Shown in pieces: positions 1 to 11,514 of a DNA stretch of 64,000 nucleotides; the first letter of the stretch is position 1; every line of letters begins with the position of its first letter. A program made the position numbers and the translations under genes. Below the pieces are notes generated by a model. The model had not been told where the DNA came from. It saw only the letters and a program-made list of their open reading frames with translations, and searched no databases. Origin of the DNA: Hyphochytrium catenoides (lineage: Eukaryota > Protista > Hyphochytriomycota); contig FLMG01002090.1 in assembly GCA_900088475.1 (NCBI GenBank), forward strand, positions 1-64,000. The letters are read 5' to 3'.

Positions 1-1028
1 TCTCTCTCTCTCTCTCTTTCTCTGTGTCCCTTTCCCCGATTCACCTGTCTTCCTCATCTCCTTTGCACCGCAACAGACATTCTACCAGAGTTCGTCCATG
101 CTCCTACGTTTTCTCCTATCTCACCTCGCATCGCCCACACGGACAATCCCACCGCCAGGGAAAGAGAGAGAGAAGGAGAAGAGAGGGAGAAATACCGAAG
201 AGACACTGGAGAAGAGAGAGACGTCCCCCTTCCCTACAACCATTCACGGGCCTGGCCTCCGAGACCCTTCTGGGATCGTGCGCATTGTGTCTCTAGTGAA
301 GAAGAAGAGGAAGATGGGGAAGAAAGGCAAAGAGAGAGAAGAGACCGGAAATGCGGACGGCATCTCTCTCTTTCCCTCTGGGCTGAAGCGAGTCAAGAAG
401 GTGAGGAGACGGCAGACTCCTCTGGCCCAAGACCACTTCCTATAGAAATACTTCCAGATCGAGACGGAGAGGGTCCTGGGGAGAAGAAGCCACTATTTTC
501 TCTCTCTCTCTCATCTTTCGCCTTCTCTCCTGCTAGCCACGTGATGTCTCTCTTGGGCCACTCTACCTCTCTCTCCTTCTCTCGTCCCGAAGACGAGTTC
601 GAGCGAGACAGTCTCGCGTACAGTGAGGACTTTCATTCTGAAGAAGATGAAGCAGGTTGAGGGGCTCAAGGAAGAAGGTTGACCCGGAGGGAGAAAGACA
701 AGAACGAGGGCAGACACGCGATGGAGATGGAATCAAACGAAAGATAGATAGATAGATCGATAGATAGAGAGAGAGGAAGAGAGAAAAAGAGAGAGAGAGG
801 GAGAGAAGGAGGGAGAGAGAGAGCGAGAAAGAGAGAGAGGCAGTGGAGAGATTGGACCTATAAACCACATATTTATGTGAAAAGTATCTATTTATAAAGA
901 CGTTTTTTCCTATTCTCTTCCTTGCGAGACAGAGAGCCGCACGCGCTGAAGTTTAAGGAAAAATGGAGCTGACTCGGGGCATGGAAAGAGAGAAAGAGAG
1001 AGAGAGAGAGAGAAATATGGGGAAGCGG

Positions 1029-2374
1029 TTACTTCAGCATGACAGCAGAGTAAGCGCCCACGGTGCCCCTTGGCTCTGTCTTCCTGCTCTTGAACCAGCA
1101 CGTCCCACCGTTCCAGTTGGTCCAAGTGAAGGCCACGCAGCCCGGTAGCGCCTCGCAGCCGGAGAAGCAAGAGAGAGGAGAGCCGCAGGCAGAAGAGAGA
1201 TCGCCCCTAAAGTAATCCTTTGCCGTCTCCACAAGCCAACCTCTTTGCTCCATTGGAAAAGACATGTTCTCTCTCTCTCTTTTCTCTTCCGCTCCAAGCA
1301 CTCTGCATGAAGAGCCACCCAGATAAGGAGAGGAGCCGGGAGATTCAGGAAGCTTCTTGAACCAGCAAGTTCCTTCTTTCCAGTTCGTCCACGTGAAGCC
1401 ATTGCAGTCCTTCAGGCTCTCACACGCAGCGAAACAGTCACTCTGTTTCCCTCGAGCGCTAGCAATATCAAAGCCATAGAAATCTCTGTCACTCTCACAA
1501 TTCCATCCTTCTGGCTGCTGAGGATTGCTATTGGCAGCCACAGCGTTTCCTCCTCCTCGCTTTCCTGAGAAAGCACCGCTTCTTTCTTCTTCTCTCCGTG
1601 CAGTAGCCTTCAGAAAGCACGTGCCTCCCAAGTAATCTGTCCAGGTGAAGGCGACACAGCCGTCCTTCTTCTCACAGAGAGCTGCACAAGAGGACTGAGG
1701 AGCCAAGACACTTCCTATGTCATTGCCAGGCAGATCAACGCCCTCATGATAGCTCCAAGCGGAAGAGAGAGAAGGGGAGGAAGATGGCGAAGAAGACGCC
1801 TTGACGCCACAAAGAGCACCAGGATAGCCTTTCTTCTCCCCTGCTGCCTTCTTCAGCCAGCAGGTGCCACCGTTGTACCGGTTCCAAGTGAAAGAGAGAC
1901 ATCCTGACTGGCCATTGCAAAGTCCTGGGCACTGATCTCCTTGGCCCGCCGCCGCGATCAAGTCATTTCCCTCGTAGTCACAGTCTGCCTCGATGGTCCA
2001 TCCCTCAGCCGTAGGGAGAGAAGAGGATTGTGCAGCAGGGAGAGAGGGAGAAGAGAGAGAGAGATCCTTATTGCAAATGACAGGGAGAGAGAACTTCAAT
2101 GTTCCATCCGCTCGTGCTAAGCCAAAGAACTGGTTAACGTCAAGGCTCTGAGGCGTCTTCTCGTCGTGATAGATAAAGTATGAGGTCCAGCCTCCGAAGA
2201 AACCGCCGCAGGCCAACCGGGAGAATTGGCCGAAGTAAGTCTCGGCCGTCCGGGTGCTGGGCTGATTGTCAAAGGACGGGGAGCCTTCGGTTGGCCAGCC
2301 AGTCTCCGTAATGTGAAACCTCTGAGAGAAGCAAGAAGAGAAGACGTGGGATGAGGGAGAGAGAGGGAAAAGGA

Positions 2375-2409
<35 letters not shown>

Positions 2410-2512
2410 GAGAAAGGGGAGGGTTAGATGGATGATGAGACGGGAGGAAAGTCCAGGGAAACGGACAAAAGAACAGCCCGCGATGGGAGGCACACTGTCC
2501 TCTCTCTCTCTC

Positions 2513-2546
<34 letters not shown>

Positions 2547-3700
2547 CTTTCTCTTCCCCCCTCTCTCTCTCACTTTTATTGCAACCCGACATTCTCTCCC
2601 TTTGTTTCTACTTCCTCTGCCCCTCAATGTTAGATGTCTGCTCTTACCGATCGCAGGGCGGGGAATCTCTCCCAGAGCTGTCCCATCTGCAGCTCTAACA
2701 TCTCTGCCGGATTGTCGGCCTTGGTTCCAGCAGAGAAGAAAGGATAGATGGTCACGCCATAGAAGTCCAGCTCGTCTTTCTCCAAGAGAGTCGAGAGAGG
2801 ATTGGAAGGAGAGAGATACTCGGCCAGCCGCTGAGAGGTGCCAATGGGCGTCCTCAGACAGCCCTTCTCCCTCAGTTCTCTCACCACGCGCAAGATGTCT
2901 TCCGTACCCTTGATTCCTGCCGGAGCGATGTCCTCGCTGCCGACAATGATCCCAAGGACCGTGTCTCCATGGCTTTTGCAGCTCTCGGCCGCGTGCTCGA
3001 TCTCCGTCTGGGCAAACTCTGAGTCATAGAACACGCCGAGGACGACCTTCAGTCCGTGCTTCTGGGCATACTCGGCCACGTTCTGTCCGAAATACTGGGA
3101 ATAGTAAGTCTTTATACACTGGAAGTGCCTCTTGATCTGAGAGAAATCTTGGTCCAGGACAGCCGGGAGGTCGGCCGGGTAGAGCGGGTGATGGAAGGGA
3201 GAGTAGCCGATACACTGAAGGTCAGGTCCAGAGGAGGAGGAGTGAGGGACATTGAAGGAGAGAGAGAGAGACGATGATGGAGGAAGAGAGGGAGAAGACT
3301 CGTTGGTTTTTTGCGGAGAGAGAGAGATAGCAGCCCCAATAATTGCACCGCAGACTCCCATCGCGGCCACAACTCCTACGAGCAGCTTCTTTCTTCGTGC
3401 AAAGAATGATGAAGAGGCAGGAGATGCCGAAGAGAGAGAAGACTTCCGAGGGACTGCGAAAGTTGGAAGGGAAGAGAGAGAACCTGGCGTTGGAAGCTGC
3501 CCATAGGCGTTCGTTGTACTGCCAGAGTACGGCTGGAAGGGGAAGGTAGGCGTCTCGGGGATGCGAGAAGAGGAAAGACTCTGAGAGTCATGCTTTCCTT
3601 CCTTCCCTTTCTCCCCCGCAGAGGTGGAAGAAGAGGTAGACTCGATCGTGATAGCGCGGCTAAGGGGCGATACCGCCACGGAATGATGCCCGTGAACCAT
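1029..3700 (-). CDS. Type II membrane GH17 beta-1,3-glucanase/glucanosyltransferase with four C-terminal PAN/Apple domains; 2 exons (3700-2648, 2321-1029)
   Basis: A GT..AG intron at 2647-2322 joins ...FPALRS|RFHITETGWPTEG. Both GH17 catalytic motifs are present (IIVGSED acid/base; ITETGWP nucleophile). TM segment LLVGVVAAMGVCGAIIGAAISL follows a basic RRKK patch. Four repeats of D..G.D...C...C....C..FTW....GTC[WF].K. Confidence 0.9.
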
Positions 3701-4323
3701 GTTTGCAAGAGAGTTTATTGGAGAAAGTGGGAGGGAGAGAGAGAGAGAGAGATAACAGATAAAGGAGAGAAACCAGAGGCGGCAGCTTCTAGAGATTGAG
3801 AGAAGCGCACGCTGAGGTCTCGGAGGCTGGTAAGAAGGAGGCTGCCACTCGACAAATGAAGGCAGGAGAGAGAGAGACTAAGAGAGAGTGAGAGAGAGAG
3901 AGAGAGAGAGAGAAGAGAGAGGAGCTTTGTGAAGCCCAGAGCTGCAGCACACTGTCCGAGAGAAGGGAAAGAAGGGAAGAGGATGGAAGAGTAAGAGCAA
4001 CAGAGAAGAGAGAGAAACGCGCGTGGACCGAACTCTACTATCCCTGCGATGTGTCAGAGAAAAGGTCACCGCTCCAAATCTCCACAAGGGACCAAAAAAA
4101 AAGAAAGAAAGGGAGACAGAGAGACAGAGAGACACACAGAGAGAGTGAGAGGTGTGGAGGGAGAGATATCAAAGCGTGAAGGCGAAAAGGAGGTGCTGCG
4201 GATTGAGAGAGAGAGAAAAGAGAGGAAGGCGGAGAGAAAGAGGATAGTAAAACAAGGCTATTGAGTGAAAAAGTTGGGCCCGTTTTCTTCTCTTCGCTGC
4301 TGGGATTGGGCCATTATTGATAG

Positions 4324-4324
<1 letters not shown>

Positions 4325-4381
<57 letters not shown>

Positions 4382-4531
4382 TGTCTCTCTCTCCTCATTG
4401 TCCCTTCCTTGTTCTTTGTACTTGTACTCCCTCTCTCTCCATGTCGCCGCCTTCCTCCAAATTTTTCTCTACGTTACTCTTAACAGTCCATCCTTAGAGC
4501 TCTCGTTTACTGCTTAACAAAGTGCCTCTCG

Positions 4532-4566
<35 letters not shown>

Positions 4567-4846
4567 CCTGCTGGCTCTTTCCGTCTCTCTGATCTCTAAT
4601 AGTTTGCAGTTACAAAGTTCCCTGCCTACACTGCTCGTCGCCAGAAACTGAAGGGGAGCTCTTGAGCACAGTCTGGACAACGGAAAACATCAACCCGAAG
4701 AAAAGCAGGAACTTTTCCAAGCCGATCGTCGCTCTCTTCCTCTGCTCGGGCCTCTCCTCCTTCTCACACTCTCTCCCCTCCTCGTTAATCTCCTCATGAC
4801 GTTCACAAGCTCTCTCTCTCTCTCTCTCCCTCTCTCTCTTCTCCTC

Positions 4847-4902
<56 letters not shown>

Positions 4903-5103
4903 TCTTCTCTCTGCCATGGTGGAGGAAGAGAGGGAGAGCCGTAGTGGGGAGGAGGTGACGGGGAAGGGCGACGCTATTTTTGCACCGCTATTTTTGCCAC
5001 CAAACAGCACAGGTGGCCGTTGGCGGCTTATTATGTAACGACCGCTTCCTCCATCCTCCCCATCTTTCTCTGTCTCTCTCTCTCTCTCTCTCTCTCACAC
5101 AGA

Positions 5104-5139
<36 letters not shown>

Positions 5140-5230
5140 CTCTCTCTCTCTCTCTCTGTCTCTGTCTCTTTCTCTCTTACTCACTCTTCTCTGTTTCTCT
5201 CTCTCATCTCATAGGTCTCTGTCTCTCTCT
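4325..5230. repeat. Cluster of (CT)n microsatellites; similar CT/GA tracts at ~735-840, 3720-4250, 20990-21058, 40420-40620, 43240-43490, 62285-62560
   Basis: Directly visible dinucleotide runs. They generate the many spurious SLSLSL/REREREE ORFs in the track. Confidence 0.95.
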
Positions 5231-6499
5231 TTTCCGTTTGCCTTCCAACGTTTCTTTCTTACGTGAGTCTCTTCTCCTCTCTCTCCTCTCTCAAGCGTCC
5301 CCCACCAAAACCTGTTGGGGCCATCCTACCTTTCTCTCTCAATATCTGTCGCACTTTTCTCTCTATGTCAATGCCTCTTTGCTGCCTGACAAAGAAGCCA
5401 GAAGAGTGAGCTTTCTCTTGGCTTCTCTTCCTATAGAACCTGTTCTTCCCACGTGCCAGCTCGTGTCTTCGGCATGCCTCGGCAGTCGAGGAAGGGGAGA
5501 AGAGGAGACAAGGGAGAGAAGGCCACAAGAGGGACATGGGACGGCATTCCTCTCTCGTCCTCCTTACATCGAGGAGGAGCAGGGTCGTCAAGTCTGGATC
5601 TGTGTATATACACTTATTCACTCATGCTACGACGTTGTGCTTCTTCTTCCAGGGGACGAAGGAGAGAGAGAGAAATGCTGTTGCGGCGTCTGTCTTTCCT
5701 CTCTTTCTTTATTGACAAACATAAGCAGTCACATTCTCTAACTCCTTCTCGACCGATCTTTCCTCTTCTTCTCCTCCGAGGTACGATCCCGATCTGCTCA
5801 TTCCGTTTCTTGATCCTTTTCTCTTAATCTGGCTTATCGCTTCTTAGAGAAGGCTTGAAGCCGGCGGGAGAGAGAAAGAGAGAGAGAAAGATGGGAAGAA
5901 AGAGAACAAAAAGCGAGAGAGAAAAGGCCAAAAAACATGATGGAACGGCGTACAGAGCTGGCCCCTGACAGCGAAATGAGAGACAGAGTGAAAGACTGGA
6001 TATAGAGTGGCATGATGAGAGTGCTACCGGCGGCACTTTATCCATCCTAACCTCCGCCTAGTACTTTCTGCTTGGTAACCTACATTCATCCTAGCCGCGC
6101 ATGGGCCCTTGTGATGCCCTGCGGCCTCCAATGGTCAGCAAAGGACCCTCAGCTGTGGCTCTAGCGTTAAAGCTAAAGAATATATCACATCCAAGAAGTC
6201 AGTATCCTTAGCTCTACCATCTCCTTCTTGATGACCCTGCTTCTTTCTCGTCCTACTTGGTCACTCTTCTTGTCTTTTCTTGGGCATCCATATTCCCTTA
6301 GATGGTGCGTCCAGGGCGGTCAAAGCGAGACAGGTTCCTTCTACAAAGCAAAGCAAAGGTGGCCTCCCTGTTGTTGAGGTTGACTAGCTAGTGCATACTG
6401 AGCGACGTGAGTGGATCTCCCCGCAAGGATGAGACCTAGGCTTTTGAGGCGCTGGGGTTGCGCCTTAAAGGCCGATGTGGGCCGCTATGGGAACGAGCA

Positions 6500-6700
6500 A
6501 GATGAGGCATCGTCAACAAGATGCACACACCAACCGTGCAGCAAACGCACTCCAGACTTCGGGGGATGCTGCTGGGAAGTCCAGGAACAAGTGCTCTCAT
6601 TTTGACCATGATACAGCCAAGATTGCTTAGCGACCGCAACCACCTCGTCTCAAAACTTGCGGTGAAGGTAAGGATAAAGGCACTCATAGTCTAACTCCGA
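6500..6700 (-). mobile_element. Possible degenerate non-LTR retrotransposon (L1/Tx1-like) zf-RVT fragment
   Basis: With a frameshift, the minus strand reads SWLYHGQNE / EHLFLDFPAASPEVWSAF, resembling C..C...E...HLF.DCP.A..VW with the Cys residues mutated. A stop lies nearby. Confidence 0.3.
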
Positions 6701-6771
6701 TCAGGGCCGCTAGGGATTGAGGGTGAGCATGACTGGGACCGCTGCCGCCTATAGGTCTCGAACGCATCGAG

Positions 6772-8142
6772 CTAGGCACTCTGGAGCAGAGATTGGCCTT
6801 GCTGGGTTCTTACAAAGACAATCATTTGGTTTGTGCTCTTGTTCTCACTGTGTGTGAAGCAATGGTGGAGGTCCGCGATCACGTAGTTCAGTTCCTTGGC
6901 CAGAAACGCTATCAACTGGCCTACCAGCCTCCGTGTGCTGGCTCCTCTTCCAACCACGGTCTTCCCTAGCACCTCCACAGCAGGCCAGAAGGAGACATCC
7001 TTCAGGGTAAAAGCTTTAACAGCTCCATCACACGTCTCCAACTCATCCGTGATCCCTGCTGGCCAGTTAGCACGCAGAAACTCTCGGATTGCCAATTGCA
7101 CATCTCTTTTAGCGTCAAGAAGGGCTATATCTGTGCCTGTCAGCTGCATACCGAAGAGTGCATCACGCTGAGCGTCAAACAACGGAGATCCGCGATAGGT
7201 AAAGAAAGAAGTCTGATAGTCCTGCAGGGAAAGCGGAATGGCGGGGCAAAGAGAGCCCCATCCTGCCTCCCAGAATGCTCTGTGCAGCCCCACAAGCAGC
7301 CGGAAGCTTGGCAGAAGATTCTTATAACCTGAAATCTTCCTGAAGGACCCCATCCTCACAAAGGGAAAGCCTCTTAGCTTCACTGTCACTGTGTTCTCGC
7401 TCTGAACTTTCTCTTGCTGAATGGCATCTGGCCTCCAGGTCTCTCTCATCACAGCGCGGAGGCGATCCAGCAGTGACGGAGGCACATCAACAAAGACGAC
7501 AGAGTCATGGCTCACAATCCAAAGACTTGAGATGGGGCTACTAGAGGAGAATGAAGAGTGGGCTGCAACGACTTCACCATACTGTGCAGCTGCTTTCGTA
7601 GTAGGGATCCGGCTTGATGCCGATGCTGATGACACTGCCCATGCTTGGGCAAGAGGAATGCTTGTCACCTCAGCATGATCCTTGTCCGACTCTGCTGCAG
7701 ACGAAGGAGAAGGAGCAAATGCCGCTTGAAGGGGAAGGTGCTGCTCTAATTGTACCACATTACAAGGAGCCCTTGCAGTCCCAGCAGCTGGGAACGTCCC
7801 AGAATCCAGCTGGAGCGCTGCTGTCCCGCCTGTTACGATTGCGGAAGAAGACGAAGAAGAAGCTTCACCACCAGAGCCCCAGGTAGTGGCCCAGCCCACT
7901 GGTGGTGGGCGTGGTGGAGGAGCGTGAGCGCTAGCGTCTATGATGGCCGAGGAGGTGTGAACGGAAGCTGCTGCGCTGTCCAAACGCAAAGCAGAAGCGC
8001 TCTCTTTCCTATCAGAAGCCCGGTAAGACACTGCTAGTGCCACAGAGGACTGCCCTGGATGCTGTTCAGTGCTAGAAGACCTCAGGGAAGATGAGGGCAA
8101 GGGCTTCTCTTCTTCGTCCAGGCCATGGCTTCTGTCCACCAT
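6772..8142 (-). CDS. Uncharacterised intronless 456-aa protein: Ser/Ala-rich disordered N-terminus plus two internal repeats (R..W...I..E......L.G..[FW])
   Basis: Long ATG-initiated ORF. Repeats LRAVMRETWRPDAIQQEKVQSENTVTVKLRGFPF and IREFLRANWPAGITDELETCDGAVKAFTLKDVSFW. Confidence 0.7.
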   Translation of the reverse strand: MVDRSHGLDEEEKPLPSSSLRSSSTEQHPGQSSVALAVSYRASDRKESASALRLDSAAASVHTSSAIIDASAHAPPPRPPPVGWATTWGSGGEASSSSSSAIVTGGTAALQLDSGTFPAAGTARAPCNVVQLEQHLPLQAAFAPSPSSAAESDKDHAEVTSIPLAQAWAVSSASASSRIPTTKAAAQYGEVVAAHSSFSSSSPISSLWIVSHDSVVFVDVPPSLLDRLRAVMRETWRPDAIQQEKVQSENTVTVKLRGFPFVRMGSFRKISGYKNLLPSFRLLVGLHRAFWEAGWGSLCPAIPLSLQDYQTSFFTYRGSPLFDAQRDALFGMQLTGTDIALLDAKRDVQLAIREFLRANWPAGITDELETCDGAVKAFTLKDVSFWPAVEVLGKTVVGRGASTRRLVGQLIAFLAKELNYVIADLHHCFTHSENKSTNQMIVFVRTQQGQSLLQSA

Positions 8143-9304
8143 TCTACTCAGCCTGTGCTCCTCGGCACGACTGCTTGACTTGACTTCCTTGACCTGACTT
8201 CCTTGACCTCTCCTCTGCAGGCAAAGATCTCTGCCCTATTGCGACGACAGACTTCAAGCACCTGCTGAGGACGGACGATGCGTCGGAAATTTGCTGACAA
8301 ATCTGCCCCTGATACTCGTCTCTGAGAACAGAAAACATGTCAAATTGGTATTGTCTCCCCATCCACTAAGCAAAGCTCTTTAGCTTTCCTAGGGTGACAT
8401 ACATTCTCCTGAAGCCTTTATAGAAGAATCGCTGATTTTATAAAGTGCCCGCTGCATATCTTTGTATTCTGACATTGTTTTATCAGGGACCCCTTTAGAA
8501 TACTCAAACTCCATTCCGCAAAGTTCCAGTGGCGAAGAACTAACGGAAGGAATTGGCATCCTGTTATGGTGGTTGAAAGAAGGGGAGACATGTTTCCACG
8601 AAACAAGGAAACATCTGCAATATTGCCTGGAGAAGTTCTGAGAGCCGTGCCATTGAACACAAGCACAAGTGGATTGTGGTATGCTGTGTGCTGTAAACCA
8701 AACCTAGCAGAATAGTATGAGCTCAACCGCCACAATCGCATAATCTCTAATAAGAACCCCAACTCCAACAGCTTTCCGACTAGTTCTACTAGCAGGAGTC
8801 TTTTTTCAATTTGATTGCAATGGCCTTTCTTCTTCTGGCGTCTTTGAGGTCAAAAGACATGGCTTCCTCTTCTCGGACGAGAGGAGAGGGTTATTTGAGT
8901 GAAGGCATGTTTCTCGCAACCCAACCACTGATTCTTCACTGATCCTTCAAAACCGTTCAAATTCTTGTCTACAGGAATGATAACCTGCTATTGTAGGACG
9001 TTGTCAATGAGAACGTTGTGACTCAGAAAGTGCAGAACCTTACAAGGCGTTACTTCTTCTAATAACCAAAATCTTTGTGTAGGGGCTTTTTCTTGTTGAA
9101 GCTTTCTATTGTTCTTCATTCTCACATTTGGTGAGTTCCTGTACTGACTCCTTCTCCTCTAACCCCCCCCCCAAGATCCCTTCCTTGCGATTTCAGAACT
9201 CAGTCTGCATGTTCTGTTGAGAATCTCTTTCTGGAGCACCAAGCTTCAGCAGACGAACTGTGCTTGATATAGCTGTAAAGAAGAAGATAACCTCAGACCG
9301 TAAG

Positions 9305-11479
9305 ATGGCCTCACCACCTCGAAGGGCAAAAGGTACTCCGCCTACACCAATGCAGCAGAGGGAGAACACCAAGCAGGCTAATACCATCTTAAAGAGGTAC
9401 AGAGCTCTTTGGGAGGAAAATCTTCCCGTCTGGAGCGAGCTCAAGACGAAAAGAGGATTTCAGGAGATAAAAGATGACGTCATGACAGAGACGGGCCTTA
9501 CACAAGCCGAGGCGATAACGCATATTAAAAAGGCTTATCGGAATATGCGCCAGTATTGCCAAAGAAGGCGAGATCGATTCATAGCGGAGCTTGATGAGAT
9601 TGACTTTGACGCCGTGCAGCGGGATGATGTCGACTTTCAAGCGGCGTCGGCTCCAGATCAGTTAACTGAGACAGAATGTGTTTGGACCCCAGTACCGCAA
9701 CCGATCATGGCTCTGGCAGCACTTGCTCCCAGCCTAAAGAGACTTGGAGTGTGGAGGAAACTTGGGGACAGAGCGGCAGAAGTCCTTTTTGAGAAGCTTC
9801 TTAAGGGTACGGATAAGCCGAAAACAGAGGAGCTTTTTCTATGGGACAACAATATATCCGACGTAGGTGCTATAGCACTGGCCAGCGCACTAGAAGACAA
9901 CAAGACTTTGAAGACGCTTACCGTATTCCTCAACATGATAGGTCATGAGGGGGTAAGAGCGTTAGCCGAGGTGCTCAGCAACGGCAAGGTTGCTCTTCAA
10001 CAGCTTCGTTTGAAGCTTGGGCGTATCAAAGATGAGGATGTGATAGTCCTGGCAGAGGCACTTCAGAACAACAATACCCTGACAGCTGTAAGCCTACGTA
10101 ATAACCACATTGGCAGAGACGGCGCAGTGGCAATGGCCAATTTAGTAAAGGTAAACACTACCTTAAGAGAGCTAGCGATTGGCCACAGCAGTATTGGTAT
10201 TGGCGATGCGGGTGCGAAGTACTTAGCCGAAGCACTTCAAGGATCAAGGACAGTGTTGGAGTACATCGATCTGGACGGTAACAAGATCGGGGATGAGGGT
10301 GCAGCGGCTATGGCGCGGGTACTTAAGAAAAAAACAAAGGAAAACGGAGCCTTAATGGGTCTCTCTCTAGAATCAAATTGTATTAGTGCGGTTGGTGCGG
10401 AAGAATTGGCCATTAGCCTAAAGGATAACACTAGCCTGCAAGAACTACACCTCTACCGCAATAGAATCGGTGATTGCGGTGCTATTGCCTTTAGAGATGT
10501 ATTAATGGCCAATGAGTCCCTGAAGAAAGTCGATTTAGGGCACAACGAGATCTCTGCAAGAGGTGCACATGCTATAGCCTCCGCGCTCCTCCCAACCTCT
10601 GGACTAACATGGCTTAACTTGTCAGACAACTCTGTGGGTGATGAGGGAGCGAAAGCCTTAGCCCAAGCGCTGAGAGGTTGTCCTTTGGTGTATCTTGATC
10701 TAGGCGAAAGCCAAATCGCTAGGAATGGGGCTGGTTACCTGTCAGACGCTCTCAAGCACAATCGTACTTTGCAGGAGCTCCGCCTCAGCTGCTGCGGTAT
10801 GGCCAACAGCGGTGCGATAGCCCTTAGCGAAGGCCTAGAAGGAAACGTCACCTTACGGTCAATTGACCTACGGGAGAACGCAATCACTGCCAGTGGAGCA
10901 GTAGCACTTGTAAGTGCGCTCGGCGGTACGGATTCTGTGGTACAACATCTTGATTTGGGGACCAATAGCATTGGTGATTATGGCGCAGAGCAATTAAAGG
11001 AGGCAATCCTCAAAAAAAGAAAAAAAGACGGCTCCAGGTTGTTCGGCCTTAGCTTGGTGGAGAATAACGTTAGTGTCAAAGGCGCCACTTCTTTGGCAGA
11101 AGTACTCAAAGCGAATCCTGCATTGCAGCGGCTTGATCTAACTTTGAATCAGCTTGGTGATTTCGGTGTACAACGTCTCGCTGATGCGCTTAAGTTCAAC
11201 AGTCGCCTGCATGAACTCCGTCTCGGAGATGTCGACACTGGTGATTATGGTGTCGAGAGCTTAGCCACGACCCTTGCAGAGAACCACAGCTTAATTGAAC
11301 TCGACCTGGCAGGTAACAAAATTACTGCCAGTGGGGCAAGAAGGCTCGCTTTGGCGCTTCTTCTCGGCAACAAGACCCTGAAGAGACTTAACCTAAGCTA
11401 TAATCCTATCAACGCTGACGAGTTCGAAGCACTAAGCCCAGGAGATTTCAGTCTTTCTCTGGAAGAGCTCGATGTGTGA
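9305..11479 (+). CDS. Intronless ribonuclease-inhibitor-type (NLRC3-like) leucine-rich repeat protein with a short N-terminal helical domain
   Basis: About 19 repeats of ~28 aa, LxxLxLxxNxIGDxGAxALAxAL (e.g. LQELHLYRNRIGDCGAIAFRDVL). First in-frame ATG at 9305. No NACHT/P-loop seen. Confidence 0.9.
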   Translation: MASPPRRAKGTPPTPMQQRENTKQANTILKRYRALWEENLPVWSELKTKRGFQEIKDDVMTETGLTQAEAITHIKKAYRNMRQYCQRRRDRFIAELDEIDFDAVQRDDVDFQAASAPDQLTETECVWTPVPQPIMALAALAPSLKRLGVWRKLGDRAAEVLFEKLLKGTDKPKTEELFLWDNNISDVGAIALASALEDNKTLKTLTVFLNMIGHEGVRALAEVLSNGKVALQQLRLKLGRIKDEDVIVLAEALQNNNTLTAVSLRNNHIGRDGAVAMANLVKVNTTLRELAIGHSSIGIGDAGAKYLAEALQGSRTVLEYIDLDGNKIGDEGAAAMARVLKKKTKENGALMGLSLESNCISAVGAEELAISLKDNTSLQELHLYRNRIGDCGAIAFRDVLMANESLKKVDLGHNEISARGAHAIASALLPTSGLTWLNLSDNSVGDEGAKALAQALRGCPLVYLDLGESQIARNGAGYLSDALKHNRTLQELRLSCCGMANSGAIALSEGLEGNVTLRSIDLRENAITASGAVALVSALGGTDSVVQHLDLGTNSIGDYGAEQLKEAILKKRKKDGSRLFGLSLVENNVSVKGATSLAEVLKANPALQRLDLTLNQLGDFGVQRLADALKFNSRLHELRLGDVDTGDYGVESLATTLAENHSLIELDLAGNKITASGARRLALALLLGNKTLKRLNLSYNPINADEFEALSPGDFSLSLEELDV

Positions 11480-11514
11480 CCTGCTCACCGGCTTCCGCTT
11501 TAGGTAAAAAGGTA

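Noticed and set aside
79-660. Possible terminal exon(s) of a plus-strand gene entering from the left (acidic, low-complexity frames)
   Set aside because: No recognisable domain and the frame is ambiguous, so it cannot be supported.
4265-5830. Many SLSLSL/REREREE ORFs, including the 253-aa ORF at 4980-5741
   Set aside because: Translation artefacts of CT/GA microsatellites.
8144-9200. Short minus-strand ORFs between the unknown gene and the LRR gene
   Set aside because: No motifs and frequent stops in all frames.
9305-11479. Calling the LRR gene a true NLR or RanGAP
   Set aside because: No NACHT/NB-ARC P-loop is present and no RanGAP-specific features were recognised.
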